64,000 nucleotides of DNA, from NCBI GenBank assembly GCA_965204735.1, contig OZ242008.1, positions 1,696,001 to 1,760,000 of the forward strand, read 5' to 3'. This document shows positions 19,104-29,586 of this stretch, piece by piece. This DNA is from Longimicrobiales bacterium. Lineage in GTDB: Bacteria; Gemmatimonadota; Gemmatimonadetes; Longimicrobiales; Gaopeijiaceae. Each line of letters starts with the position of its first letter. The first letter of the stretch is position 1. The translations under genes and the position numbers were made by a program. Below the pieces are notes generated by a model, which saw only the letters and a program-made list of their open reading frames with translations, made no database searches and was not told the origin of the DNA.

Positions 19104-20102
19104 GTGGGCTGGTTCGGGCGAAGGAGGACCACGGTCGGTCTCGACGTCGGCAGCCGCTGGGCGAAGCTGGTTGAAGTCGACCACGGCGGCGGCCGCCCGG
19201 AGGTGGTCGGCGCGGGCGCCGCGAGAGTGCCCGAAGGCGCCGTCGTCGACGGCGAAGTCGTGGACGCGGACCTCGTGACCGAGTCGGTTCGCGGTCTCGT
19301 TGCCGACGTCGGCGCGCGCGGGCCGGACGTGGTGATCGCGATGGGCGGCCACGACGTCTTCGTCAAGAAGGTGGAGATGAAGCGCGCCAAGCGCTCGGCG
19401 CTTCGCGCGGCAATCGAGCGGGAGGCCGAGCGCCTCGTGCCCTTCGACATCGACAGCGTGGAGCTCGACCACCACACGCTGGGCGCCGCGGGAGACGGCC
19501 GTCGCGTCGATGTGCTCCTCGTGGCGGCGAAGCGGGAGGCGGTCGCCGCACGGGTCGACGTGGTGGCCCGGGCCGGACTGAATCCGGTCCTGGTCGACGT
19601 GGAGGCGTTCGCGCTGCACAACGCCTTCACGTGCAACTACGGGCGGAGCGCCGAAGACGCCGTTGCCCTGGTCGACATTCGACGCGAGAGCGCCACCGTG
19701 AACGTGCTGGAAGGCGCCGCCCCGCTCCTGGCTGGAGACGTTCCGATCGGCCCGAGCGCGGCGTGGGCTGCCGAAGGGGACGAGGCGCCGCCCGCCGGCG
19801 GCCGGACCTCCGCAGTGGAAGAAGCGGCGGAAGCGCTTGCGGCAGCGGTCGAGCGGGCTTCGGCGCTCCTGGCCGCCCGACGGTCTCCCACCGGACTGGG
19901 CCGAGTCTTCTTGAGCGGAAGCGGCGCGTGCGTTCCCGGCTTGGCCGAGAGCCTCGCCCGTCGCGTCGGAGTGGAGACGCGTCTCGCGAACCCCTTCGAG
20001 CGAGTGCCGGTGCGTTCCGGCGCCCGGTGCCGGGGAATCTCCCTGAACCGTTCGGCGCCGATGCTGCTGTTGGCGCTGGGACTCGCCCTGCGAACCCCGT
20101 AA
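19104..20102 (+). CDS. pilM: Type IV pilus assembly protein PilM
   Basis: VGLDVGS, VLLVAAKRE, VDVEAFALHN, FLSGSGA, ANPF, LALGLALR. Confidence 0.9.
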   Translation: MGWFGRRRTTVGLDVGSRWAKLVEVDHGGGRPEVVGAGAARVPEGAVVDGEVVDADLVTESVRGLVADVGARGPDVVIAMGGHDVFVKKVEMKRAKRSALRAAIEREAERLVPFDIDSVELDHHTLGAAGDGRRVDVLLVAAKREAVAARVDVVARAGLNPVLVDVEAFALHNAFTCNYGRSAEDAVALVDIRRESATVNVLEGAAPLLAGDVPIGPSAAWAAEGDEAPPAGGRTSAVEEAAEALAAAVERASALLAARRSPTGLGRVFLSGSGACVPGLAESLARRVGVETRLANPFERVPVRSGARCRGISLNRSAPMLLLALGLALRTP

Positions 20103-20138
20103 GCGCGCCTTCGGGAGGCGCATGGAGAAGCGGAAGAA

Positions 20139-20798
20139 ATGATCGAAGTCGACCTGCTGGGTTCCCAGGGCAAGGCGGGGCCACGGACTCCGAGGCCGGC
20201 TGCGGCCGGCCGGTCCGGAGACATGCGGGCTTGGCGGGGTCGAAGACTCCGGGAGCTGTGGACCGACGGGTGGGTTCTCGCCTCTGCGGCAGCAGCGGCG
20301 GCGGGCGTGGGCTGGGCCGCCTACATGGCGGCGTCGGCAAGCGCCATGGAGTCGCGAGCCGTCGCGGCCCTGGAACGGGCTCTCGAGGATTCGGTCCGAC
20401 ACGCCGAGTCGCTGAAGAAGATGAAGACGCTGGAGGAGCGCCGGGACGCAATCGCCGGAAGGGCGGCCGTCATCGAGGCCCTCGACGCCCAGCGCTACGC
20501 GTGGCCCCGCATCATGAGCGAAGTCGCCCGCGCCCTGCCGGCAGATGCTTGGCTGGTCCACCTGGGCCAGACCTCGGGCGGACCCGCGCGGATTCGCATC
20601 GAGGGAATGGCGACGGACAACCTTGCCGTCGCCCGCTTCTGGAACGGCTTGGAGTCGTCCCGCGAGATCGGAGCCGTCCACCTGGTGGCGCTCGAGCACG
20701 CAACGGAAGAACGGCCCGGCGGACCCGCGGACGTGTACTACTTCGTGCTGGAAGCGGCCCGAGCGGAGCTGGAGCTCCCGGCGGGGTACGGATCGTGA
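20139..20798 (+). CDS. pilN: Type IV pilus assembly protein PilN
   Basis: MIEVDLL (INLL-like), TM, coiled coil, LPADAWL; follows pilM. Confidence 0.85.
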   Translation: MIEVDLLGSQGKAGPRTPRPAAAGRSGDMRAWRGRRLRELWTDGWVLASAAAAAAGVGWAAYMAASASAMESRAVAALERALEDSVRHAESLKKMKTLEERRDAIAGRAAVIEALDAQRYAWPRIMSEVARALPADAWLVHLGQTSGGPARIRIEGMATDNLAVARFWNGLESSREIGAVHLVALEHATEERPGGPADVYYFVLEAARAELELPAGYGS

Positions 20799-21361
20799 GG
20801 CTGTTGCCCGGGGAGCCTAGGCGCCGGCGCGCCCTTCTGACGGCCGCCCTTGCCCTCTGCGCGTCCTACTCCGTCCACTACTACGTCTACGCTCCTGCGA
20901 AGCGCGATGCCGACGAGGTGCGGGCCCGCCTGGAGGAGTTGCGGGCGATGAACCGCCGGGCCGACGCCGCGACGGCGGAAGGAGCCGCGTCGCTGGATCG
21001 GCGGCTGGCGCTGTACGAACGCCACATCTCCGACTTGGAGAAGCTGATCCCGGCCAACGAGGAAGTGCCGGCCCTTCTTGCCGCCGTGTCGGCGGAGGAG
21101 CGCCTGGCCGGCGTGGAGGTCGTCGCGATGCGCCCCGAGCCGCCGGAGCCCGGCGAGTACTACCAGCGACGCAGCTACGAGCTCCGCGTCGAGGGCGGCT
21201 ACCACCAAGTGGGCGCCTTCATGACGGCCATCGCGTCGCTGGAAAGGATCGTCGCCCCCACGGACGTGTCGATCGCGCCGGCAGGGTCCCCCGTTCCCGG
21301 AAGCGGCCCAGGACTGGTCGTGGCGAGCTTCCGGATTCGCACCTACTCGAGAGGAGGATGA
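20795..21361 (+). CDS. pilO: Type IV pilus assembly protein PilO
   Basis: TM + coiled coil, LIPANEEVPALL, GGYHQVGAFM, LERIV. Confidence 0.88.
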   Translation: MRLLPGEPRRRRALLTAALALCASYSVHYYVYAPAKRDADEVRARLEELRAMNRRADAATAEGAASLDRRLALYERHISDLEKLIPANEEVPALLAAVSAEERLAGVEVVAMRPEPPEPGEYYQRRSYELRVEGGYHQVGAFMTAIASLERIVAPTDVSIAPAGSPVPGSGPGLVVASFRIRTYSRGG

Positions 21362-21362
21362 G

Positions 21363-21827
21363 ATGAGGTCGACGGCGGCAACCGCGCTGCTCGCGACGTG
21401 CACGCTGGGGTCGGTCCCTGAACGAGGCCAGGGACAGGACGCTTCCGGGCGCTTGGCCTTCGAACGTGAGTTCTTCGTCTACCCGGCTTCGGCCCGGCGA
21501 GACCCGTTCCGGCCTCCTGCCGACTCCGGCGGCGCCCTCCCCGTGGTGGAGGACCTGTCGCTCTTGGGGGTCGTCCATGCCCGGGAGCCGGGACGGAGCG
21601 TCGTGCTCCTGGCCGCCACGGGCGAGCACGCCAGCGCCGGCGCCGGCCCCGCCTCCGGGAGGACGCTCCGGCTTCGCCCCGGCGGCCGAGCCGGAAAGGT
21701 GCGCATTGTGGAGATCGGCCTTGATCGGGTCCTGGTTGCGGTGGAGGAGCCCGACGGACGGGTGCGGTCCGCCGAGATCGAAGTGCCGCGAAGGCGACCG
21801 GCGGGAATGCAGGGAGAGGGGTCGTGA
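21363..21827 (+). CDS. PilP-like protein
   Basis: RRDPF motif; lies between pilO and pilQ. Confidence 0.7.
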   Translation: MRSTAATALLATCTLGSVPERGQGQDASGRLAFEREFFVYPASARRDPFRPPADSGGALPVVEDLSLLGVVHAREPGRSVVLLAATGEHASAGAGPASGRTLRLRPGGRAGKVRIVEIGLDRVLVAVEEPDGRVRSAEIEVPRRRPAGMQGEGS

Positions 21828-23188
21828 GGCGCCTTCTGGTCGTTGCGGCTGCTTCGGCCGTCTCGATCGGCTCTCCCTCCGGGGCGCCGGGACAGTCGGC
21901 CGAGCCTCCGATCTCGGTGTTCTTCGCTTCCGCTCCGATCCAGGACGTGCTCTTCGCCTTCGCAGAGTTCGCCGACCGATCGATCGTTGCCGGTCCAGGC
22001 GTCCAGGGGGCGGTGTCGGCCGAGATTCGCGACCAGCCGTGGGACGTGGCGTTCGAGGCACTGCTGGACGCACATGGGCTCGTGGCCCGGGAGCTGGAGA
22101 GCGGGATCATTCGCGTGGACGACGCCCGCAGCCTCTTCGACCACGAGGCGGTGGAGCCGCTGAAGACCAGGGCGTTCCGGGCGAGCTACGCGGACGCGGC
22201 CGAACTCCTGGACCCGGTGGCTGGACTGTTGAGCGAGAGAGGGCGGGCGTCGGTCGGGTCCGCCGTCAACGCCGTCGTCGTGACCGACGTCGCACGGGTG
22301 CTGGAGGCGGCGCAGCGCTTGGTGGAGGAACTGGACGCGCCGGGGCTCCAAGTGGACATCGCCGCCAAGATCGTCTTCGTGAACAGGACCGGACTGGAAG
22401 GCTTCGGCGTCACCTACGACCTCAAGGACCTGGGCGGCAACCAGCTCAACCTCCTGACGCCCGGCGTCGCCGACAAGAACGGCGACGGCGTGATCGAGCT
22501 TCCTGGCGATCTAGTCCCGCGCGGAACCAACGTCGTCTCCTTGGGGGGCGCCTCGCTGGCCGCCCTGGGCAACGCGCTGGACCGGGTGGCGAACCCCACC
22601 CTGACGCTGCTCGGGTCGCTGGTGATGGGGCGGAGCACCCTGGTCGGCTTCATCGAAGCCCTGAAGTCGGTGCAGCTCACCGAAGTGGAGGCCCGGCCTT
22701 CGGTTCGGGTCCTCGACAACCACACCGCCAAGATCGTGGTCGGGGAGGAGACTCCCGTGCGGGTCGTGGACGCGGGCGCCCTGAGCGGCGCGGACGGCGG
22801 CGAGGGAAGCCGCAACTCGGGGCCGGTGGCCACGGTGGACTACAAGGAGACCGGCGTGATCCTGGAAGTCACGCCCCGGGTCGCGAGCGACGACGAAGTC
22901 CTGCTGGACTTGGCGGCGGAGCGCTCGTCCGCCGATCTGGGACCGTCGGACGTGGGCTTGGTCTTCCGACGCCAGAAGGCCGAGTCCAAGGTCCTGGCAA
23001 GGGACGGCCAGACGGTGGTGATCGGGGGGCTCACCGTAGAGGAGACCAGCCACGGGCGCTCCGGCATCCCGCTGCTCATGGACATTCCTCTTCTCGGCGC
23101 CCTCTTCCGCACGACGAAGGAAATCCGACTCCAGCGCGACCTGCTGATCCTCGTGACTCCCACCATCGTCCGTCCCGCCGTGCAGTAG
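21824..23188 (+). CDS. pilQ: Type IV pilus secretin PilQ
   Basis: QPWDVAF, QVDIAAKIV, TGVILEVTPRV, GQTVVIGGL, GIPLLMDIPLLGALFR, LLILVTPTIV. Confidence 0.92.
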   Translation: MRRLLVVAAASAVSIGSPSGAPGQSAEPPISVFFASAPIQDVLFAFAEFADRSIVAGPGVQGAVSAEIRDQPWDVAFEALLDAHGLVARELESGIIRVDDARSLFDHEAVEPLKTRAFRASYADAAELLDPVAGLLSERGRASVGSAVNAVVVTDVARVLEAAQRLVEELDAPGLQVDIAAKIVFVNRTGLEGFGVTYDLKDLGGNQLNLLTPGVADKNGDGVIELPGDLVPRGTNVVSLGGASLAALGNALDRVANPTLTLLGSLVMGRSTLVGFIEALKSVQLTEVEARPSVRVLDNHTAKIVVGEETPVRVVDAGALSGADGGEGSRNSGPVATVDYKETGVILEVTPRVASDDEVLLDLAAERSSADLGPSDVGLVFRRQKAESKVLARDGQTVVIGGLTVEETSHGRSGIPLLMDIPLLGALFRTTKEIRLQRDLLILVTPTIVRPAVQ

Positions 23189-23367
23189 TCCGCGCCGTGG
23201 CGGCGGGCTCCGCTCGGGCGCGCCGGCGCCGACGCTTGCTCGCGCAACCTCCAGCGGCTTCCCCGAAGCCGTCGCCTTGGCTATCTATGGACGCCCCCGC
23301 GCGGTCGCCATGCGCCGCCGCCTCCCCCGTGCCCCGGGTCGTAACCGCGCCCCCGACTCGTTCGCCC

Positions 23368-24600
23368 ATGCCGTTCGGCAGCTTGTCCTTCCACACCGCC
23401 GGGGAGTCCCACGGTCGAGGACTGATCGCGGTGATCGAGGGCGTCCCCGCCGGCCTGCCCCTGGACCCGGCGTCCCACGTCGACCCCGAGCTGAGGCGCC
23501 GCCAAGGCGGCTACGGACGGGGCCGGCGGATGCAGATCGAGTCGGACCGGGCGGAAGTGGTCTCGGGCGTCCGCCTGGGCGAGACGCTGGGCTCCCCGCT
23601 CTCGATGCTGGTGTGGAACCGCGACTGGGAGAACTGGACCGTCGCCATGGCCCACGGTCCGCCGGACCCGGAGGGCAACCCCAAGGCGCTGCGGCCCGTC
23701 TACCTTCCCCGGCCCGGCCACGCCGACTTGGCGGGCGTCCTCAAGTACGACCGTCGCGACGCCCGGGACGTGCTGGAGCGGGCGTCCGCTCGGGAGACGG
23801 CGGCTCGGGTCGCCTGCGGCGCGGTGGCCAAGACTCTCCTGCGCGCCCTCGGCGCATCCGTGGGCAGCCACGTCACCCGGATCGGTTCAGTGGAGGCCCA
23901 CGTCCCGCGGCGCTTGCCCGCCGACCTGAACGCCGCCGCCGACGCCTCGCCGGTCCGCGCGTTGGACCCGGAGGCCGGCGCCGCCATGGTCAAGGCGATC
24001 GACCATGCCCGCGAGGAGGGCGACACGCTGGGAGGGTGCTTCGAGGTCGTGGTCCGCGGCCTGCCCGTGGGGCTCGGCAGCTACGTCTCCTGGGACCGGA
24101 AGCTGGACGGCCGCCTCGCTCACGCCGTCATGTCCGTCCACGCCGTCAAGGGGGTCGAGATCGGCCCCGCCTTCGCCAACGCCGCCCGGCCCGGCTCCCG
24201 CGTCCACGACGCCATCCTGCGAGACGAGGCCCGCGTCCGGGCGGGCGGCTTCGGACGGGCGCAAAACCGAGCCGGGGGGCTGGAGGGCGGGATCACCACC
24301 GGCGAGCCTCTCGTCGTGCGGGGCGCGATGAAGCCGATCTCGACCCTGCTGCGGAAGCGGCTGCCCAGCGTCGACCTGCGGGACGGCAGCGTCCGCGAGG
24401 CGGCCGTGGAGCGGAGCGACGTGTGCGCGGTGCCCGCCGCCGCGGTGGTGGCCGAGGCCATGGTCGCCCTGGTTGCGGCCGACGCGCTCCTGGAGAAGTT
24501 CGGCGGCGACTCGCTTCCCGAGCTGCGCCGCAACCTGGACGGCTACCTGAAGCGCCTGGCCGCTCGCGGCTTCGGGAAACGAGGGACGGACGAACCGTGA
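23368..24600 (+). CDS. aroC: Chorismate synthase
   Basis: TAGESHG, RPGHAD, RASARETAARV, GGLEGGIT, MKPIST, RSDVCAVP. Confidence 0.97.
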   Translation: MPFGSLSFHTAGESHGRGLIAVIEGVPAGLPLDPASHVDPELRRRQGGYGRGRRMQIESDRAEVVSGVRLGETLGSPLSMLVWNRDWENWTVAMAHGPPDPEGNPKALRPVYLPRPGHADLAGVLKYDRRDARDVLERASARETAARVACGAVAKTLLRALGASVGSHVTRIGSVEAHVPRRLPADLNAAADASPVRALDPEAGAAMVKAIDHAREEGDTLGGCFEVVVRGLPVGLGSYVSWDRKLDGRLAHAVMSVHAVKGVEIGPAFANAARPGSRVHDAILRDEARVRAGGFGRAQNRAGGLEGGITTGEPLVVRGAMKPISTLLRKRLPSVDLRDGSVREAAVERSDVCAVPAAAVVAEAMVALVAADALLEKFGGDSLPELRRNLDGYLKRLAARGFGKRGTDEP

Positions 24601-25421
24601 CGGGCCGCCCGCCGTCGAACGCGCCGCTGCCGGACCCGTCGGCGCGGGCTAGGCCCGGCAACGCGAAGTCCACGGGGTCGGACCCGTCGGCGCGGGCCCG
24701 GTCGCCGGACCCTCCGCCGTCCTCGCCGCCGGCGCCCTCGGCGGACCCTCCGCCCTCGCCGCTGCCGCGCCTCCCGTCGCCCGCGCCGCCGCGCCGGCTG
24801 GTGCTGGTCGGCTTCATGGGCGCGGGGAAGTCCACCGTCGGCTCCTTGGTTGCCCGGAGCCTCGGGTGGGAGTTCGTGGACCTGGACCAACAAGTGGAAC
24901 GATCCGCAGGGCGCGCCGTCGCCGAGATCATCCGGGACCTCGGCTTGGCCGTCTTCCGCCGGATGGAGGCGGAGGCCGGCCGTCGGGCGCTGGCTCGCGA
25001 CCGGGTCGTGGTCGCCGCCGGCGGGGGCTGGGCCGGCGAGCCGGGCCGGATGGCCGAGGCGCGTCGCGCCGCCCTCACCGTGTGGCTCCAGGTTCGCCCC
25101 GCCACTGCGCTGGCTCGAGTCGAGGCCTCCGGCGTCCCGCGACCCCTGCTGGAAGACGCTCGCAACCCCCTTGCGGCGGCGGAGGCCCTCCTGGCTGAAC
25201 GGGCGTCCCGCTACGCGCTGGGCGACATTACAATCGACACCGAGGGAAGGTCGCCGGCGGAAGTCGCCCTGGAAGTCCTCGCCCGAACCGGCACGACGAC
25301 CCTCGCCCGAAGTGGCCCGGCCCGAACCGACCCAGGCCGGACCGGCCTCGCTCGCACCGTTCCGAGCGGCGGTCCAACACGCAACCCAGGCGGAGAAGAC
25401 GGCAGGAAGGCAACAGCGTGA
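24597..25421 (+). CDS. aroK: Shikimate kinase with Pro-rich N-terminal extension
   Basis: LVLVGFMGAGKSTVG, FVDLD, FRRME, GGG, RPLL. Confidence 0.92.
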   Translation: MTGRPPSNAPLPDPSARARPGNAKSTGSDPSARARSPDPPPSSPPAPSADPPPSPLPRLPSPAPPRRLVLVGFMGAGKSTVGSLVARSLGWEFVDLDQQVERSAGRAVAEIIRDLGLAVFRRMEAEAGRRALARDRVVVAAGGGWAGEPGRMAEARRAALTVWLQVRPATALARVEASGVPRPLLEDARNPLAAAEALLAERASRYALGDITIDTEGRSPAEVALEVLARTGTTTLARSGPARTDPGRTGLARTVPSGGPTRNPGGEDGRKATA

Positions 25422-28069
25422 AGCTGGTCATCGTGGAATCGCCGGCCAAGGCGAAGACGATCTCCAAGTTCCTCGACGACGGGTACCGGGTCGAGGCGTC
25501 ATACGGACACGTGCGCGACCTGCCTCGGTCCGCCCGCGAACTGCCCAAGGCCGTCCGCGACAAGCCGTGGGCCGCGTTGGCGGTGGACACGGAGCGGGGC
25601 TTCAAGCCGGTCTACATCGTGCCCCCCGAGAGCCGCAAGCGTCTTCGCGAGCTGGGCAAGCTCATGGCCCACGCCGACGAAGTGCTCCTGGCGACCGACG
25701 AAGACCGGGAAGGCGAGTCGATCAGCTGGCACCTGCTGCAGGCGCTCAAGCCGTCGGCTCCGGTCAGGCGCATCGCCTTCCACGAGATCACGCGGTCGGC
25801 CATTCGGAAGGCGCTGGAGACTCCCCGAGCGGTGAACCAGCGGCTGGTCCAGGCGCAGGAGGCCCGCCGGGTGCTGGACCGCCTCTTCGGCTACAGCCTC
25901 TCTCCGGTGCTGTGGAAGAAGGTCCGCACCAAGCTGAGCGCCGGGCGCGTCCAGAGCGCCGCCCTCCGCTTGGTCGTGGAGCGCGAGGAGGAGCGGCAGC
26001 GCTTCAAGGCGTCCGAGTACTGGCGCGTGACGGCCGCCCTGGAGGGATCGGGACAGGAGTTCACCGCGACCCTTGCCCAGGTGGCGGACCTCCGGGTCGC
26101 CGTCGGCAGGGACTTCGACTCCACCACGGGCCAGCGGCTGGCGGGCTCCAAGGCGCTCGTGCTGGATCGCGCCGCCGCGTCCAAGGTCGCCGAAGCGGCG
26201 CCGGAAGCCTGTCCATGGCGCGTCGCGTCCGTGGCCCGGAAGGCCGCCCGCCAGCGTCCCCAGCCGCCCTTCACCACCTCCACCCTCCAACAGGCCGCCA
26301 GCAACCGGCTTCGGTTCTCGCCGAGCAAGACGATGCGCCTCGCCCAGCGCCTCTACGAAGGCGTGGCGCTGGCGGCGGGGGAGCGCGAGGGGCTGATCAC
26401 CTACATGCGCACCGACTCGGTGACCCTCTCCGCGAAGGCCCTGGCCGACGCCGGCCGCTACGTCCGCAGCGCCTTCGGCGACGCCTACTACAACGGCCCG
26501 CGCCGCTACCGCACCAAGGCCAAGTCGGCCCAGGAGGCCCACGAAGCGATCCGGCCCACCGAGATCGCCCGCGTTCCGGATCAGGTCGCGTCCTTCCTGA
26601 CTCGAGACGAACTCGCCCTGTACCGCCTCGTCTGGACCCGCGCCGTCGCCTCCCAGATGGCCGACGCCCAGGTCGACCGAACCACCGCGAGCATCTGCGC
26701 GACCCTGGACGGGGTGGAGCACGTCTTCCGAGCCAACGGCTCCGTGCTCCGCTTTCCCGGCTTCCTGAAGGTCTACGGCGACCGGCGCGACGACCAGCTC
26801 CTGCCGCCGCTGAAGGAGGGCGACCAGGTCCTCGACGGCCGCGCCGGCGCCGCCCACGACCCGCCGGGGGCCGCGGCTCTCGTCCGTTCCGTCGAGCCGA
26901 GCCGCCGGGAGACGAAGCCGCCGCCGCGCTACACCGAAGCCTCCCTCGTCAAGAAGCTGGAGGAAGAAGGGATCGGCCGGCCCTCCACCTACACGCCCAC
27001 CATCTCCACGATCCAGGATCGGGACTACGTGCGGAAGAAGAACGGAAGCCTCGTGCCCACCTACGTGGGAATGGCGGTCACCCGTCTCCTCCGCTCCCAC
27101 TTCGGCCAGTACGTGGACCTCCGCTTCACGGCCCGCATGGAGGACGCCCTCGACGACATCGCCGCCGGCGACGCCGAGTCGCGAGTCTTCCTCGACGCCT
27201 TCTACAACGGGGAAGCGGAGCGACCGGGCTTGGTCCGCAAGATCGCCGACACCCTTCCGGAGATCGACTTTCCCACGGTGCCCGTCGGGAGCGATCCCGA
27301 GACCGGCGACCCGATCCACGTCAGGATCGGACGCAACTCGGTGTACGTGGAGCGGGGCAAGGGAAGGGACGCCGCCCGCGCCACCGTCCCGACCGAGACG
27401 CTCATCGACGAGCTGACCCCCGAGCGCGCCGTCCAGATATTCGCCGAGCGCGACCAAGCCGACCGCTACCTGGGCGACGACCCCCAGACCGGACTCCCCG
27501 TCCACGTCCGAGCGGGTCCCTACGGACCGTACTTCCAACTGGGCCAAGGAAGCGCCAGGACCAAGCCCCGGCGGGTGAGCCTGCCCGACGGGGTGGCCCC
27601 GGCGGACGCCACGCTGAAGTACGCCCTCGAGCTCCTCGCCTTGCCGCGGACGGTGGGGAAGGACCCGGACAGCGGCCAGGAAGTCGTCGCCGGGCTGGGC
27701 CGCTACGGCCCCTACGTCTCCCGGGCGGGCGAGTACCGGAACCTGGAGTCGGTGGAACGCGTCTTCGCCGTCACGCTGGAGGAGGCGCTGACCCTTCTGG
27801 CCCAGAGGAAGCCACCTCGCAGAAGCACGGCGAAGGTGCTGAAGGTCGTGGGCGTCCACCCGGAGAGCGGCGCCGAGATACAGCTGCTGGAAGGCCGCTA
27901 CGGCCCCTACGTCACCGACGGCAAGCTCAACGGGAGCGTTCCCAAGGACTCCGACCCCATGGAGGTCACCGTGGATCAGGCCCTGGCGCTGATGGCCGCC
28001 GCGGAGAAGCGGAAGAAGTCCCGCCGGGCCCCCGGCGGCCGGCGACGCTCCCCTGCCCGGCGACGGTAG
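25418..28069 (+). CDS. topA: DNA topoisomerase I
   Basis: LVIVESPAKAKTI, ATDEDREGE, SAGRVQS, ITYMRTDS, QEAHEAIRP; C-terminal G(R/P)YGPY repeats. Confidence 0.97.
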   Translation: MKLVIVESPAKAKTISKFLDDGYRVEASYGHVRDLPRSARELPKAVRDKPWAALAVDTERGFKPVYIVPPESRKRLRELGKLMAHADEVLLATDEDREGESISWHLLQALKPSAPVRRIAFHEITRSAIRKALETPRAVNQRLVQAQEARRVLDRLFGYSLSPVLWKKVRTKLSAGRVQSAALRLVVEREEERQRFKASEYWRVTAALEGSGQEFTATLAQVADLRVAVGRDFDSTTGQRLAGSKALVLDRAAASKVAEAAPEACPWRVASVARKAARQRPQPPFTTSTLQQAASNRLRFSPSKTMRLAQRLYEGVALAAGEREGLITYMRTDSVTLSAKALADAGRYVRSAFGDAYYNGPRRYRTKAKSAQEAHEAIRPTEIARVPDQVASFLTRDELALYRLVWTRAVASQMADAQVDRTTASICATLDGVEHVFRANGSVLRFPGFLKVYGDRRDDQLLPPLKEGDQVLDGRAGAAHDPPGAAALVRSVEPSRRETKPPPRYTEASLVKKLEEEGIGRPSTYTPTISTIQDRDYVRKKNGSLVPTYVGMAVTRLLRSHFGQYVDLRFTARMEDALDDIAAGDAESRVFLDAFYNGEAERPGLVRKIADTLPEIDFPTVPVGSDPETGDPIHVRIGRNSVYVERGKGRDAARATVPTETLIDELTPERAVQIFAERDQADRYLGDDPQTGLPVHVRAGPYGPYFQLGQGSARTKPRRVSLPDGVAPADATLKYALELLALPRTVGKDPDSGQEVVAGLGRYGPYVSRAGEYRNLESVERVFAVTLEEALTLLAQRKPPRRSTAKVLKVVGVHPESGAEIQLLEGRYGPYVTDGKLNGSVPKDSDPMEVTVDQALALMAAAEKRKKSRRAPGGRRRSPARRR

Positions 28070-28080
28070 GCGGCTGCCCC

Positions 28081-29586
28081 ATGCCCGAGGCGACGGTGGT
28101 CGGCGGAGGCTTGGCCGGCTGCGAGGCCGCCCTCTCGCTCGCGCGCCGCGGCCGCGACGTGGAGCTGGTGGAGATGCGCCCGTGCCGCGCGACGCCCGCC
28201 CACCAGACCGGCGCGCTGGCCGAGCTCGTCTGCACCAATTCGTTCAAGAGCGAGAGCCCGGCCAACGCCCACGGCCAGCTGAAGCGGGAGATGGCGGCGC
28301 TGGGCTCCGTGCTCCTGGACGCCGCCCACGAGAGCCGCGTCCCCGCGGGATCCGCCCTGGCAGTGGACCGCGCCCTCTTCTCCAGGGCCGTGTCCCGACG
28401 CGTCCAGGCCCACCCCCGCGTCGCCCTGGTCCGCCGCGAAGTCCGGTCGCTGCCTCCAGGCCCGGCCGTCGTCGCCACCGGTCCGCTCACCTCGCCGGCC
28501 CTCGCCGCCGCCGTCGCCGCCGAGCTGGGAGACGACGGCCTTGCCTTCTACGACGCCATCGCCCCCATCGTCCACGTGGACTCCCTGAACCGCGAGATCG
28601 TCTTCGCGGCAGGCCGGTTTGGAGAAGACGCGGACTACCTGAACTGCCCGATGACGGAGCGCGAGTACCGGACCTTCGTGGACGCCCTCGCCGCCGCCGA
28701 CGTGTACCCGGGCCACGAGTGGGAGAAGATCCCCTACTTCGAAGGCTGCCTCCCCGTCGAGGTCATGGCGCGCCGCGGACGGGACACCCTTCGCTTCGGC
28801 CCCATGAAGCCGATCGGCCTGACCGATCCCCGCACCGGCGGACGGCCCCACGCCGTCGTCCAGCTCAGGCGGGAAGACCGGGCCGGCCAGATGTGGAACC
28901 TCGTCGGCTTTCAGACCCGCTTGCGAACCGGCGAGCAACGGCGGGTCTTCGCCATGGTTCCAGGGCTTGGGGAGGCTGAGTTTCTGCGCTGGGGGTCGGT
29001 CCACCGAAACACCTACCTCAACTTCCCGGCGCGTTTGGCGCCTCACGGCGCCTCGCGCGGCCGCCCGGACCTGCTCTTCGCCGGCCAGCTGACCGGCGTC
29101 GAGGGCTACACCGAGTCGGCCGCGTCGGGGATCCTGGCCGGCATCAACCTGGACCGCGTCCTGAGCGGCCTAGAGCCCGCGGCTCCTCCCCCGGACACGA
29201 TGCTGGGCGGCCTCTGCCGCTACCTTCGTGAGGCCGACCCGACCGCCTTCCAGCCGATGAACTCCAACTGGGGACTCGTGGACCCTCTGCCCGCCGCCCC
29301 GAGGAAGAAGGACGCGCGTCGCCGCGCCCTGGCCGAACGCGCCGACCGTTCCTTCCGCCGCTGGCTGGCCGACGTCGGGCACGCGTCCCCGCCGCCCGCC
29401 CCCGAGAGCGGCTCCGGCGTGCAGTCGAAGGCGACGCCCGACTCAGCGCCGACGACGCCTCCACTGTCCGCCCCCGAGAGCGGCTCCGGCGTGCGGTCGA
29501 AGACGCCGCCCGACCCGGCGGCGACGGCGTCTCCGCCGCCCACCCCCGAGAGCGGCTCCTGCGCCCTCGCAACCGAAGCGACATGA
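28081..29586 (+). CDS. trmFO: tRNA (uracil-54)-methyltransferase TrmFO
   Basis: VVGGGLAGCEAA, AELVCTNS, FYDAIAPIV, FGPMKPIGL, AGQLTGVEGY, FQPMN. Confidence 0.96.
   Translation: MPEATVVGGGLAGCEAALSLARRGRDVELVEMRPCRATPAHQTGALAELVCTNSFKSESPANAHGQLKREMAALGSVLLDAAHESRVPAGSALAVDRALFSRAVSRRVQAHPRVALVRREVRSLPPGPAVVATGPLTSPALAAAVAAELGDDGLAFYDAIAPIVHVDSLNREIVFAAGRFGEDADYLNCPMTEREYRTFVDALAAADVYPGHEWEKIPYFEGCLPVEVMARRGRDTLRFGPMKPIGLTDPRTGGRPHAVVQLRREDRAGQMWNLVGFQTRLRTGEQRRVFAMVPGLGEAEFLRWGSVHRNTYLNFPARLAPHGASRGRPDLLFAGQLTGVEGYTESAASGILAGINLDRVLSGLEPAAPPPDTMLGGLCRYLREADPTAFQPMNSNWGLVDPLPAAPRKKDARRRALAERADRSFRRWLADVGHASPPPAPESGSGVQSKATPDSAPTTPPLSAPESGSGVRSKTPPDPAATASPPPTPESGSCALATEAT
29386..29560 (+). repeat. 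72-bp in-frame tandem repeat in the trmFO tail
   Basis: cccgagagcggctcc at 29401, 29473 and 29545 (PESGS x3). Confidence 0.85.
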
